Source: a virus. From it: 64,000 nt of DNA. Both the position numbers and the translations under genes were made by a program. The notes under the pieces are model-generated. The model worked only from the letters and a program-made list of their open reading frames with translations. It did no database searches and was not told the DNA's origin. Below, piece after piece: positions 8,407 through 18,548 of this stretch (its first letter is position 1; every line of letters begins with the position of its first letter). The stretch is taken from IMG/VR virus record IMGVR_UViG_3300023296_000994. One strand, written 5' to 3'.

Positions 8407-9536
8407 GTACTTAATTTTTTGTGTAAATTTTCAATCATTTTACCTTCGTTTAAAGATAAGTCATTTGCACGAGATATACAACTTAATTCCGATTTTTTTC
8501 TAAAATCATCATCATCTAAAACGGCGTCCAATAAACTAAACAGCTGTGTTTTCTTACTGAAAAACTGGCCGTCTGGGTCTATTTCATGATAACAATCCGA
8601 TTCTTGCCAAATCATAGGTGTGCCGTTCATCATACAATCAGTACCACTTACGGACCAGCCATAATTTGTCTGTCTCATTTGTATTCCAACCTTACACGTC
8701 TGTAATCTAGTGTAATATTCATGCTTTGGTACTTTTGTATTGTCTACCCATCCATGCGGAGGTGTACCATTCAATTGTGGAACCCACACTGTAAAGTCTT
8801 GTCGATGTGTTCTATATTCTTCCATTAGTTCCATGAACTTAGGATATCCTTTATATGCAGCGGCCCTATGATTGAATACAATTATATTTTCCGGATTGTT
8901 GCTAGCTGAAGTTACAATTTTTTCTTTGGGTAATCCTAAGTTCCAAACTGTAAGAATTCTATCCAATTTATCAATAAAGTCATCGTTGAATGTTTCCCTA
9001 GCTTCCGATAATACTCTGTTCTTTTGGTCTTGGGTATTTAAGTAGCACGTATCCATTTGAGACATACCAAGTAATTCAATTGGTAGCCACATCCACTTTG
9101 CTTTGCCAGCTCTACGGTCAATACCATTACAAGATTTCATTTCCCACCAATGGCAGTAACCAATTATCTTTGTGTCAATTGATTTTTTGTACCTACCTAC
9201 TTGCGGCCAATCTGGCAGATGAGAATAAATTACATCGTAGTCAACATCCCTTAATATAGCCATCAACTTATCAGACGGAAACGCGCGCTGGTTCATCATG
9301 TCACCAGGAATATCAATTTGATGTTGCTTTACATTTGGTAAATTTAACTTTTTACTAACGTTTCCCGTTGGCATTATTATATGCCAAAAGTATTCACCAT
9401 ACTGATTTAATCCTTTGATGTGGTTATGTATTACATCTACAAACGAATCCTTTTCTATATTGGATGAATTTGTAATATTAGGTATAACCAATACTTTGCG
9501 AGCTGATGCGTAATCTATACTATCCCAGAATTCCAT
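8397..9536 (-). CDS. GT-B fold glycosyltransferase (probably DNA-modifying)
   Basis: YDVIYSH, IIVFNHR...YKGY, WSVSGTDCMMNGTPMI (GT-B donor-binding helix equivalent); next to DNA polymerase. Confidence 0.75.
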   Translation of the reverse strand: MEFWDSIDYASARKVLVIPNITNSSNIEKDSFVDVIHNHIKGLNQYGEYFWHIIMPTGNVSKKLNLPNVKQHQIDIPGDMMNQRAFPSDKLMAILRDVDYDVIYSHLPDWPQVGRYKKSIDTKIIGYCHWWEMKSCNGIDRRAGKAKWMWLPIELLGMSQMDTCYLNTQDQKNRVLSEARETFNDDFIDKLDRILTVWNLGLPKEKIVTSASNNPENIIVFNHRAAAYKGYPKFMELMEEYRTHRQDFTVWVPQLNGTPPHGWVDNTKVPKHEYYTRLQTCKVGIQMRQTNYGWSVSGTDCMMNGTPMIWQESDCYHEIDPDGQFFSKKTQLFSLLDAVLDDDDFRKKSELSCISRANDLSLNEGKMIENLHKKLSTCK

Positions 9537-9543
9537 AAGTGTA

Positions 9544-9574
9544 CAATATACACATTTTAATTGACATTACCAAA
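9544..9574 (-). promoter_or_regulatory. Putative promoter TTTGG-N19-TATATTG upstream of glycosyltransferase/polB
   Basis: Exact motif and spacing; only a few nt from the ATG. Confidence 0.65.
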
Positions 9575-10358
9575 AATTTAACGAACTTTTTTCATACGAT
9601 GTATAATGGTGGTGTATTTCATTCATAAACACATCACTATTTTTAGGATAATCCTTTTCAGGATGTTTAAGTAATTGCTTAAGATTCTTTTTGGACCGGG
9701 GATTACCTATTAACTGAATATATCTATGCTTGGACGCTTCTATACGTCTCCAAAATTCAGTTATATTTTGCTTACCAATTTCGCGTCTCAGATGGTCCAC
9801 GTTACTAGATCCCCACTTAGAAAATACAGTTCTACTGTGAATCCACTTATACGGATTTTTTTGTAGTGACAATTCATAATTGGGCATTAATGCCAAATCT
9901 GTATTGGTTCCCTGGTATATCCAATTTGTAGCCTGATATATCCTACCTAAATGAGCTTGGCTGGCATCCGCATAGGATATCAGCGCTTTAATATCAGGGT
10001 CATTTTCCTTAATCCACTTGAATGTTTTACCAAGTGCATATGATTCTATATTTGACCCGTATCCATCATGTATATACAGTCGGGTCAATTCCAACACAGA
10101 ATCTATCGCCAGTGTGTCTGAGACGCTCGCTGCCGCTGATCGACCAACAGGATTACCGTAGATAGCGCAGCCAATTAATACATCGTCTCCGAACGTATCA
10201 GAGCTACTATCGACGTAATATATACCAATAGCGTACTTACATGAAGACCATGAATGTGTGTAATGATATTTTACAATCATTTTTTTGGCTACCACAGCAT
10301 TTATTTTTTTAATAAACACTTTTGATGTATCACAGTAATGTTTTCCTTCTTCTTTCAT
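9567..10358 (-). CDS. Mom-like GNAT DNA-modification protein, paralog 1
   Basis: IVKYHY, VLELTRL, ISYAD....HLGRIYQATNWIYQG, KHRY. Confidence 0.75.
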   Translation of the reverse strand: MKEEGKHYCDTSKVFIKKINAVVAKKMIVKYHYTHSWSSCKYAIGIYYVDSSSDTFGDDVLIGCAIYGNPVGRSAAASVSDTLAIDSVLELTRLYIHDGYGSNIESYALGKTFKWIKENDPDIKALISYADASQAHLGRIYQATNWIYQGTNTDLALMPNYELSLQKNPYKWIHSRTVFSKWGSSNVDHLRREIGKQNITEFWRRIEASKHRYIQLIGNPRSKKNLKQLLKHPEKDYPKNSDVFMNEIHHHYTSYEKSSLNFW

Positions 10359-10945
10359 GATATATCGTATGTAAATATGTGCTTTGGTTTTGTATCAATT
10401 AACACAACACCTTCATCTTTTTCTTTATATCTTCTATTGATTTCGACGCCATACGGTCTATCTAACATTGACAATGTACGAACATGAAATTTCTTTCCGT
10501 CTACCAGTAATGATTTGCCAGTAGAAGTCAATCCCAAATATTTGAAATTTGATGCTCTATAAATTACACCTGTGTGGCCTTGTTCGCCGTCTGCATATGA
10601 TATGACAAATTTCCAATTTGAATTTTTCTTTAACCACTTTAACGTCCGACTTACAAAAAATGATTCGGCGTTTTTAGGAGTGTCATCTATACAGCATAAC
10701 CTACGTAGTTCTAAAACTGCCATCGGATTATCTGGATAATATTTTGCTCCTGCTGCTGCACCAGCCGGCCTAGTGTAAACACAGACACCGACAATTTCGG
10801 GAATATTAAATTTTCCAGGGCGTAGTAAGCAGAACGTATGTTTGTGTTGAATATTAACGTAATCGGAATAATGCCAACACCTCATAAATGTACGAATCGA
10901 TTTATTAAACGAAGTGTGTTCTACCCAATATGATTGTAATGCCAT
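10355..10945 (-). CDS. Mom-like GNAT DNA-modification protein, paralog 2
   Basis: WHYS, VLELRRLC, NAESFFV, ISYADGEQGHTGVIYRASNFKYLG. Confidence 0.75.
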   Translation of the reverse strand: MALQSYWVEHTSFNKSIRTFMRCWHYSDYVNIQHKHTFCLLRPGKFNIPEIVGVCVYTRPAGAAAGAKYYPDNPMAVLELRRLCCIDDTPKNAESFFVSRTLKWLKKNSNWKFVISYADGEQGHTGVIYRASNFKYLGLTSTGKSLLVDGKKFHVRTLSMLDRPYGVEINRRYKEKDEGVVLIDTKPKHIFTYDIS

Positions 10946-10946
10946 T

Positions 10947-11612
10947 TTAAAAAAACTTGTTTATATACGATTCACGTACAATATTATCTCCGGCATCATA
11001 TCTACTATTTTGCCCCTTTGGATACGGTAACACATCATATTTTTCCATTAATTCTTTTCTTAATTTCTTTTTTTGATGCTTATTTCCCGTCACCTGAAAG
11101 TATCTATGTTTGCCTTCTTGTTCTTTGAATGTAATTGTATATCCCATACCAATCAGCGCGGGTATAGATGATGTACCGTATCTGGCAAATATTGTCCTAC
11201 GGTGAGTTTCTTCACCATTGACATATATTATCTTTTCTTTTGATGACATACCGGTATACATCCAATTAGTTGCTTGGTATATATATCCGTGATGACCCCA
11301 ATTCTGATCAGCATACGATACAACATGCGGGTCTTTAATTAGATTCAGGCATCCGGCTAAAAAGAACGAGGTAATGTTTTTTTGATTTAATTCGTTTGTA
11401 ACCAGCCTACTTAATTCGTATGGTGAATCTTCTAAATCAAATCTAGCGATGGCTGGAGAGAAAACACAAACTCCTTCAATGTGATTATTTATAAAAAGAC
11501 CGAAAGATTTCGATATAGTTGGCATTCTTTTTAGATAATGTTTATCCAAAAGCCAATCAGTACATACCGATTGTTTTATGCTAACTATATTAACGTTCTT
11601 AGTATCTATCAT
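10947..11612 (-). CDS. Mom-like GNAT DNA-modification protein, paralog 3
   Basis: KHYLKRMP, YELSRL, VSYADQNWGHHGYIYQATNWMYTG, KHRY, LPYPKG. Confidence 0.8.
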   Translation of the reverse strand: MIDTKNVNIVSIKQSVCTDWLLDKHYLKRMPTISKSFGLFINNHIEGVCVFSPAIARFDLEDSPYELSRLVTNELNQKNITSFFLAGCLNLIKDPHVVSYADQNWGHHGYIYQATNWMYTGMSSKEKIIYVNGEETHRRTIFARYGTSSIPALIGMGYTITFKEQEGKHRYFQVTGNKHQKKKLRKELMEKYDVLPYPKGQNSRYDAGDNIVRESYINKFF

Positions 11613-11614
11613 TC

Positions 11615-13471
11615 TTAAATTATTTCACACGAACCACCTGCACAGGCTAGTTCACCTGTAAGATCAGTATTATCTTCCGATTCAATTATCTTACTTACAT
11701 CGATTTCATGTAGGTTTTTAGACAACGATTCATATTCTTCTTTGGTAATATCCTGGAAAGGGGCTTGGACATAAGTATGATTTGAATAGGGTAGTACAGA
11801 CAACCCGTTGTAATGATTTCTATTATTCCACATCCAATCACCAACTAAATCCCATTCATCATCCTTGACTGATATGGTAGCTGATATATTATGTGTGTTG
11901 TTTCCATTTCTATGACCGGGATATATCCATTCTGTAGATAGTTTCTTTATTCTATCCAATAAATCAAATGTAGATTCAGTACGAATTATGGCGCCGAATG
12001 GAGCCTTCTGTGGTACTTCAATCACCGCTGTATCATGTGGCCGGAAATATTCATCCTTTACTAATTCGGGATGATTTTTTAATAGATAGGAATAAATAGC
12101 TTCATTCTTACCCACTCTAAGTCTACGGAGATAATAGTCATTGTGCCATGCGTGAGCTCCAGATGATGTACCAAGAGTCAATGAAGTTGTACCTGCTGGC
12201 TTACCACATGTGGTTCTAGCAGCTTTATTAATACCAATTAATTTAGCTACCCTTTCGTTTTCATCATTTACAATTTTAGCTGCTTCGGTCATATCATATC
12301 CCAAAACAATACCACTTGCAATACCTGTCATACTAACTCCAATAAGTGCATCTTTTTCAGTAGTACGTTGCCATACAGGTCTAAGATAATGAAAATCAGT
12401 ATAGGCCGCCTGTAGTGTTGCTATGAAGGATGCTGCTCTAACCCTATTATTATAATCTTCCTGTGATTCTATGTTAGAAGCATTTACCTCAACTAGATTA
12501 CAAAACTGATATGGTCTAAGTGCAATTTCACAGCAGGGATTAGTGCCCCAATCTTTATCATTTGATAGGTAGATTCCTGGTTCACCTGCGCCGGATAATT
12601 CAATACGTTTCCATAAATCAAAAAAGAATTCTTTACTGATTCTATGTCGCATCAATACCGCTGAATTATTAGCTCTACCACGTTGCGGATTGTTTTCCCA
12701 CCATGTACCACTTTTTGCTGATATCATATCATCATCATCGGCAGAAAATAATGCAATAAGCGCTGCTCTACGGATACCGCCGGCCAATACAGCGTCAGCT
12801 ATATGACATACAATATCATAAACTTCAATTGGAGATAACTTATCACCGTTGTTTTTATTTGATAAGATACCTCCAATTTTTACTAAACACTCTTTTAATG
12901 GTTGGGGGCCCGGAGCCTTTCCACCTGATGTTATCAACAATGAGCCTTTTGGTCTAATGTCTGAAAAATCAAATTTAATCTGGCTACCACCAAATAAATA
13001 ACTTTTCATTAAAACCTTAACTGCATCAGCCCAACCCTGAATTGAGTCATCGATTAAAAATCGTCTGGTTCTATTTGTATTTGGTCGCCTAATTTCAGGA
13101 AGAGATGCAACATGATGCTTTTGTACTGAAAAGCCTACGCCTGACCCACCCAGAAGTAGAAACATAATTTCACTAAATGAACGCCAGTCATCTATGGGTA
13201 GATATGCACAGTTATATAATCGATTGGGACTTATTTCAATTGGCTTCCCAGCAAACTGCATGGACCGCATTGAGGGTAAAATCTTTTTATCATAAACATA
13301 TGTATATGCGTGCTCAATTTCATCTGTCAACTGTGGATATTTTTTTAAATGCATACCCTTATTTCGGTCAACAAGTTCGTACCAAGTTTCCCTTCTTTTC
13401 AATTCGGGGATGTATTTGGCGTACTTCATGTGCACCGTAATTTCGCTAAGTATTTTGTTGGATATATCCAT
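11615..13471 (-). CDS. nrdJ: Class II (adenosylcobalamin-dependent) ribonucleotide reductase
   Basis: PSMRS..FAG, NCAY, GGIRRAA, TNPCCEI, KPAGT, C-terminal ACAGGSCEI; no beta subunit gene nearby. Confidence 0.92.
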   Translation of the reverse strand: MDISNKILSEITVHMKYAKYIPELKRRETWYELVDRNKGMHLKKYPQLTDEIEHAYTYVYDKKILPSMRSMQFAGKPIEISPNRLYNCAYLPIDDWRSFSEIMFLLLGGSGVGFSVQKHHVASLPEIRRPNTNRTRRFLIDDSIQGWADAVKVLMKSYLFGGSQIKFDFSDIRPKGSLLITSGGKAPGPQPLKECLVKIGGILSNKNNGDKLSPIEVYDIVCHIADAVLAGGIRRAALIALFSADDDDMISAKSGTWWENNPQRGRANNSAVLMRHRISKEFFFDLWKRIELSGAGEPGIYLSNDKDWGTNPCCEIALRPYQFCNLVEVNASNIESQEDYNNRVRAASFIATLQAAYTDFHYLRPVWQRTTEKDALIGVSMTGIASGIVLGYDMTEAAKIVNDENERVAKLIGINKAARTTCGKPAGTTSLTLGTSSGAHAWHNDYYLRRLRVGKNEAIYSYLLKNHPELVKDEYFRPHDTAVIEVPQKAPFGAIIRTESTFDLLDRIKKLSTEWIYPGHRNGNNTHNISATISVKDDEWDLVGDWMWNNRNHYNGLSVLPYSNHTYVQAPFQDITKEEYESLSKNLHEIDVSKIIESEDNTDLTGELACAGGSCEII

Positions 13472-13519
13472 TTAATTTTCCTGTATTTTTTGTTATTAGG
13501 TTTATATAAATATCAGCCA

Positions 13520-14875
13520 TTAGGCTCCGCCAGTCAATTCTTTGAACTTATTTTTCAAATAAGCTCTGGAATGATCGTCGCCATTGGCCATCGATGTTGC
13601 CATCTTAGTACCCTGGCTAGAGTTTCCGTCGAACACGTCAATTTTTCCATTAGATGCATTCATTTGGGTTGGCAATGTAATACCATCAGGTCCGAATCTG
13701 TTTTTGATAATGTGAATTCTACCAGTACCAGCTATCTTATCATCCAACTTTCTACTTAGCGACATTACAACATCAGCGGTCATAATCTTACTGTAGTCTT
13801 CTGATATCTTGTCGGCACCGATCACATCATCTTCAAGTGACGATCTGTTAGCTTGCGAGGCGGTCCACAGTGGAACTTCATATTCACCGGCCAACCCTCT
13901 TAGATGTTCGTATATACTACCGATTTCATGTCGAACTTCTTTACTTGTCAATGTACTTCGAAGCAAGTCTGCATAATCCACTATAATTAAATCAGGCTTC
14001 ACATCTTGAATCATACACTTTTCGATGTGACTTGATATAGTATTCGTTGTAGCTGATTTGGTATTGTAGTGTTTGATAATTAAATTACCGTCGAGTGTAG
14101 ATAATCTACGTTTAACATCATCTAAATTATACTTTAAGTTTTGGTTTGGTATTCCTGTTAGGATTGAATCATAACGTAACCCAACATATGCTGCATTTAA
14201 TTCAAGAGTATAATGTAAAACAGTATAGCCGGCCTTAATCGCATTTGCGCCGATGTTGGCCAATAACCAAGATTTACCAATACCAGCGGGGGCCACTACC
14301 ACACCTAATTCACCCTTACCTAAGCCACCATCAATCAGGTCATCGATTACATCCCATCCCGTTTCCTTACATGCTCGTACTGATTCTTCATATCGTTCAT
14401 CAATATTAACCATATAGTCATGGCCTATGTCACGGTCACTTCCAGCTTTCATAGCTGCATCAATCATTTCTTTAATAGAATCGTACTTACCATTCTTAAG
14501 TAAAGATACGGATTCCATAATAGCAGCTTTAAGCTTTTGATTCTTACAAAATTCTATACTTTTTTCCTTGACAAATTCTAAGTCAGCTGATTCTGTGTAT
14601 TTCCATACATCTTTTAAATGGTCAATGACCACTTCCTTTAATACTTTATCTTCTATTTCCGCTATGGCAACTTTCATTACTTCCAACGTAACATTTGATT
14701 TATACTTTATAAAATATGCACGAATTGCATCAATTATAAATTGATTGGCATCGCTTTCAAAGTATTCTGTTTCTAATATATCAATTATTTGATTTAAAAA
14801 AACCCTATCTTTGAATAGGGCTGAAAGTAGTTTTATTTGGAATACATATCCAAATTCACTTAATTTGTCGGTCAT
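13520..14875 (-). CDS. Replicative DnaB-like helicase (T4 gp41-like)
   Basis: APAGIGKS, YTLEL, IIVDYADL, WTASQANR, IKNRFG; probable start MTDKL at 14875. Confidence 0.92.
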   Translation of the reverse strand: MTDKLSEFGYVFQIKLLSALFKDRVFLNQIIDILETEYFESDANQFIIDAIRAYFIKYKSNVTLEVMKVAIAEIEDKVLKEVVIDHLKDVWKYTESADLEFVKEKSIEFCKNQKLKAAIMESVSLLKNGKYDSIKEMIDAAMKAGSDRDIGHDYMVNIDERYEESVRACKETGWDVIDDLIDGGLGKGELGVVVAPAGIGKSWLLANIGANAIKAGYTVLHYTLELNAAYVGLRYDSILTGIPNQNLKYNLDDVKRRLSTLDGNLIIKHYNTKSATTNTISSHIEKCMIQDVKPDLIIVDYADLLRSTLTSKEVRHEIGSIYEHLRGLAGEYEVPLWTASQANRSSLEDDVIGADKISEDYSKIMTADVVMSLSRKLDDKIAGTGRIHIIKNRFGPDGITLPTQMNASNGKIDVFDGNSSQGTKMATSMANGDDHSRAYLKNKFKELTGGA

Positions 14876-14879
14876 GGTA

Positions 14880-15932
14880 TTATGAATGTGTTTTTGATGC
14901 CATGGCATCTAAGGTGAAAAATACTTCACGTAACCACAAGTCTGGGTTTTTAATTGATCCGTTCATCATATCCTCAAGTATCATTTTGTTAATCATCATC
15001 TTGTTTAACCTGGGAATTGGATTAATAACTTGGTTTGATATTGAAGTTTTTGCATGCCCTGAAATATCTACTTCTTTAAGCTGCATTAATATATAGTTAC
15101 GTTCTACTATGTCGAATGAATTGCGGACAGCAGCAAGTAACTTAAGCGTAGATTCACTGTCAGTTACAAATTTCTTAATGTCATCCATTTCAACCTTATC
15201 GGATTCGAATAACATTGGTATTATTTTTTGTAGTGTCTTCGGCCCAGCGCCTTTAATACCACCAATACCATCTGATGTATCACCTATGAAAGTTCTATAT
15301 TCAAGGAAGTTATGAGCTTCAACTCCAAATTCTTCTTTAATAGTAGAATCAAAGTAATATTTTTTCTTTGTCGGACTCCAAACAGCTACTCTCTTATCTA
15401 CCAATTGAAGAAAATCCTTGTCCGTAGACATTATGAAACATTGTGCTTCGGTGTATATCTGCTGAGAAATATATGCAATAGAATCATCGGCTTCAATGTT
15501 ATCTATACATAAAACCGTCAATGGCATTTTCTCCAGATATTCCAACAAACGAACCATTTGCTGTTGCATAGAGATTTCTTCGTCTGCAACTGACAATGAT
15601 ACTTGGCGAAACGGAGTTACTTTGTTTTTTCTATTTTCTTTATATCCGCTATATAACTTTTTTCGTCTAACAGAGCCGCCCGCGCCATCGAAACAAATAA
15701 TTACTCTGGTGGGTTTGATATTCTTTATGGCGTATCCAATTGACAATAAGAACCCAGCCATACCACCAATATGAACACCATTTTCATTTGTTGCTGGATT
15801 TGCTGCGAATGCACGAATAAAAGTATTGAGGCCGTCCACTAACAAGACCCTAGAATTAGGGTCATTGTTAAGTGTGGATTGGCCTTCTTTTATACCGTCT
15901 AGTATTTTAAAATATCTAGATGACTTACTCAT
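14880..15932 (-). CDS. 5'-3' exonuclease / flap endonuclease (T4 RNase H-like)
   Basis: LLVDGLN, FDG, YKENR, EADD, STDKDFLQ, GDTSDGIGGIKGAGPKT. Confidence 0.93.
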   Translation of the reverse strand: MSKSSRYFKILDGIKEGQSTLNNDPNSRVLLVDGLNTFIRAFAANPATNENGVHIGGMAGFLLSIGYAIKNIKPTRVIICFDGAGGSVRRKKLYSGYKENRKNKVTPFRQVSLSVADEEISMQQQMVRLLEYLEKMPLTVLCIDNIEADDSIAYISQQIYTEAQCFIMSTDKDFLQLVDKRVAVWSPTKKKYYFDSTIKEEFGVEAHNFLEYRTFIGDTSDGIGGIKGAGPKTLQKIIPMLFESDKVEMDDIKKFVTDSESTLKLLAAVRNSFDIVERNYILMQLKEVDISGHAKTSISNQVINPIPRLNKMMINKMILEDMMNGSIKNPDLWLREVFFTLDAMASKTHS

Positions 15933-17047
15933 TGTTCGGGAATATCTGAATCAAGTGTTATTTCATCGGGCGCAATATCAGCTGTCTTATATGACATAAT
16001 CACAGCATCTGCGATACGGTCATAGATATCAGCTTTATTAGCCGGGTCTGATAACACTTTGGCCAAGAAATCCTTAGCTTGAAATTTGATTTCTTCTCCA
16101 GATTCTTGACTAACGTATGTATACCAAGCCCCGCCTTGTTTGACAATATCATAATCAACCATTACCGATAGCCATCCGGCTTCATCGCTAATACCCGAAT
16201 CAAAATATATTTCAAATTCAGCGGTTCTTAATGGCGGTCCCATTCGATTCTTGACCACCGTAGCTTTCGTTTTAATCCCAATTACATGATCTTTACCACC
16301 TATTTTTATTGACAATTTTCCAATTGACTTTAATCGTAAGCGACATGATGAATGGAATTGTAGAGCCTTGCCACCTGATGTAGTTAGTTTGTCACCAAAC
16401 ATCACACCAAGTTTTTCACGTAATTGATTTGTAAAAACCAAACATACGCGCTGGCGGCCGATAAGTTGAGTAATCTTCCGCATAGCCTTTGAAATAACAA
16501 TTGCTTTTCCGGTTGACCACCCATCTTTATTATAATCGGCGTCTTGTTCTAATTTAGTTGTGGCCGCTGCCACCGAATCAACTACTATAGTTACAAGTTT
16601 ATCTTTATCAGATTCTCTAACTTTCAAAATAATATTTTCAATTATTTCGAATATATCTTCTATAGTTTCGGTTTGAATATATAGTAGCTTTTCTAAATCA
16701 ATTCCAATTGCTGTAAGGAATTCTTCATGTATTGCGTTTTCGGTATCAATGAAAACAGCAATACCATCCTTTTTCTGTGTATTAGCCAAAACATGTGCAG
16801 CTACTAGAGATTTTCCAGATGCTTCCATGCCTGTTATTTCGGTAATCCTGCCAACGGGAATACCACCGTGCTTTCGATTTGATATAGCAAAATCGAGCAT
16901 CGATGATCCGGTTGAAATCCATTCCGTTAAATCGGTAGGGGTTTCTTCCGAACCATCCAAAAAATAAGCGGTCTTATGGTCCTTAAATTTTTTGTTTATG
17001 CTGTCAGCTATAACTTTACTTAAGTTATCCTTGTTCATCGGAGTCAT
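15929..17047 (-). CDS. recA: RecA/UvsX recombinase
   Basis: GRITEITGMEASGKS, FIDTE, VVDSVAA, FTNQLR, TSGGKALQFHSS, VVKNR. Confidence 0.92.
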   Translation of the reverse strand: MTPMNKDNLSKVIADSINKKFKDHKTAYFLDGSEETPTDLTEWISTGSSMLDFAISNRKHGGIPVGRITEITGMEASGKSLVAAHVLANTQKKDGIAVFIDTENAIHEEFLTAIGIDLEKLLYIQTETIEDIFEIIENIILKVRESDKDKLVTIVVDSVAAATTKLEQDADYNKDGWSTGKAIVISKAMRKITQLIGRQRVCLVFTNQLREKLGVMFGDKLTTSGGKALQFHSSCRLRLKSIGKLSIKIGGKDHVIGIKTKATVVKNRMGPPLRTAEFEIYFDSGISDEAGWLSVMVDYDIVKQGGAWYTYVSQESGEEIKFQAKDFLAKVLSDPANKADIYDRIADAVIMSYKTADIAPDEITLDSDIPEQ

Positions 17048-17213
17048 TCCAATTTGTAAGTATATGTCTAATATTAGTTAGGATATATTCTGTAATCTTC
17101 TGAATATTTCCGTTGAATACACCAAGCTTTACCAACTCAGCAGCAAGGCTGCTGAGTGGTTTTTCGATTTTAGCGTGTATTTCCTGTTTACCATCTGTAT
17201 CAATTATTGGCAT
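17025..17213 (-). CDS. Hypothetical protein
   Basis: Fills the gap between ssb and recA; probable start MPIIDT at 17213. Confidence 0.45.
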   Translation of the reverse strand: MPIIDTDGKQEIHAKIEKPLSSLAAELVKLGVFNGNIQKITEYILTNIRHILTNWNDSDEQG

Positions 17214-17220
17214 AGTATGA

Positions 17221-18000
17221 TTACTTTTCGTCCGAATTAAATAATTTGTCAAACGCATCACCTGCGTTATCAGTGGAATTCGCGCTTGTAGTAGAAAGGC
17301 TGTTAGCGGTTGTATCCGTATCAGTACCAGATTCTACTTCGTCGCCAGCTTCACCAGCGAACTTTTCCAGCGCTCCCTTCAAGTCATCGTAACTTACTTT
17401 TTCAAACACATCATAAAAATCAGTTTGGTCATTGATGATTTTCTTTGCGATATCCTTGTCTTCCGTTGCAGGAAGAGCATTCGGCTTAATAAGAAGTGTG
17501 GTACTTGGGAAGTTGTTAGCATCCCCAGCTGTATACTTCACTACGATATCGCGGCCTGATTTCAAGTCTGTGATATCACCATAGTCCGGGTCAGCCATGT
17601 ATGTAAGAAGTTCTTCGTACACTTTTTTACCGAATCCCCATAGTTTAACACCTTCACTTTCCTTTCCACGGACAATGACAGGTGCATACACACGCATCTT
17701 AGGATCCAATTTCCGTCCTTCTTTCCAATCATCTTTGTTGCCGGTGGACTTTAGTGCTTCGGCAAATTCAACAATAGGATCAGGTTCTCCGTATGTGGAA
17801 GGTGAAAGATAAGTTTTTCCTGCAAATCCATAATGGAAATAAGCTTCAATGAATGGGAAATCCTTATTGAATTGATATGGTACAATTCTAATTCGGTTAT
17901 CACCACCGGCATCTGGCTTCCAGGTATAATTTGATTTCTTGGTTGTTGTTTTCTGTAGGTTTGATAACCTGTTTTTGATTTGATCTAAATTTAAAGACAT
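17221..18000 (-). CDS. Single-stranded DNA-binding protein (gp32-like)
   Basis: RIRIVP, PFIEAYFHY, GVKLWGFGKKVY, DITDLKSGRD, acidic tail ending FDKLF. Confidence 0.85.
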   Translation of the reverse strand: MSLNLDQIKNRLSNLQKTTTKKSNYTWKPDAGGDNRIRIVPYQFNKDFPFIEAYFHYGFAGKTYLSPSTYGEPDPIVEFAEALKSTGNKDDWKEGRKLDPKMRVYAPVIVRGKESEGVKLWGFGKKVYEELLTYMADPDYGDITDLKSGRDIVVKYTAGDANNFPSTTLLIKPNALPATEDKDIAKKIINDQTDFYDVFEKVSYDDLKGALEKFAGEAGDEVESGTDTDTTANSLSTTSANSTDNAGDAFDKLFNSDEK

Positions 18001-18053
18001 AATGTTCTCTGTTTGGTTTTTGTTTGTTTAATTTGTTCCCAACGTCATTGTAC

Positions 18054-18084
18054 TAATATAGTACTTTCTTTTTGATTTACCAAA
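18054..18084 (-). promoter_or_regulatory. Putative promoter TTTGG-N19-TATATTA upstream of ssb
   Basis: Motif and spacing conserved. Confidence 0.6.
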
Positions 18085-18203
18085 TTTTTATCTGAATTCT
18101 TTTGAAATTCTTTATTATCTGGTAGTTCCTCCTTCTTTATTATATTGTAAATATACACATAAACATTCGAAAATACAAGCGGCCAATGTTAACAAATAGT
18201 TAA

Positions 18204-18548
18204 CTATACCTTCCATAGTATTTGAATACCCAATATAGTAACAGCTAATAGAACTGAAACCAGTGTTTTAAAGTTTATAGATTCGCCCATGAAATAGTAA
18301 GTTAAAAAAGCGAATATAATTATACCAATACCGAACCCTATGAATCTGCCAGGCCATATGACGCCATCGAAATAAGCGTAGGTATGTTTGGTACCCATTA
18401 TCATAATGTATGTGACAAGTACCGAACCTAAACTAACAAGTAGAGGATTCTTTTCAATTACTGGATAAATAAATTGACCATTAATTTGAAACCACAATAT
18501 AGACTGACTTATAAAGAATAGAATAATTGCGTATACTAAGTGAATCAT
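18204..18548 (-). CDS. Small multi-TM membrane protein (DMT/SMR-like)
   Basis: About four hydrophobic segments in 114 aa; YYFMGESI..K motif. Confidence 0.55.
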   Translation of the reverse strand: MIHLVYAIILFFISQSILWFQINGQFIYPVIEKNPLLVSLGSVLVTYIMIMGTKHTYAYFDGVIWPGRFIGFGIGIIIFAFLTYYFMGESINFKTLVSVLLAVTILGIQILWKV

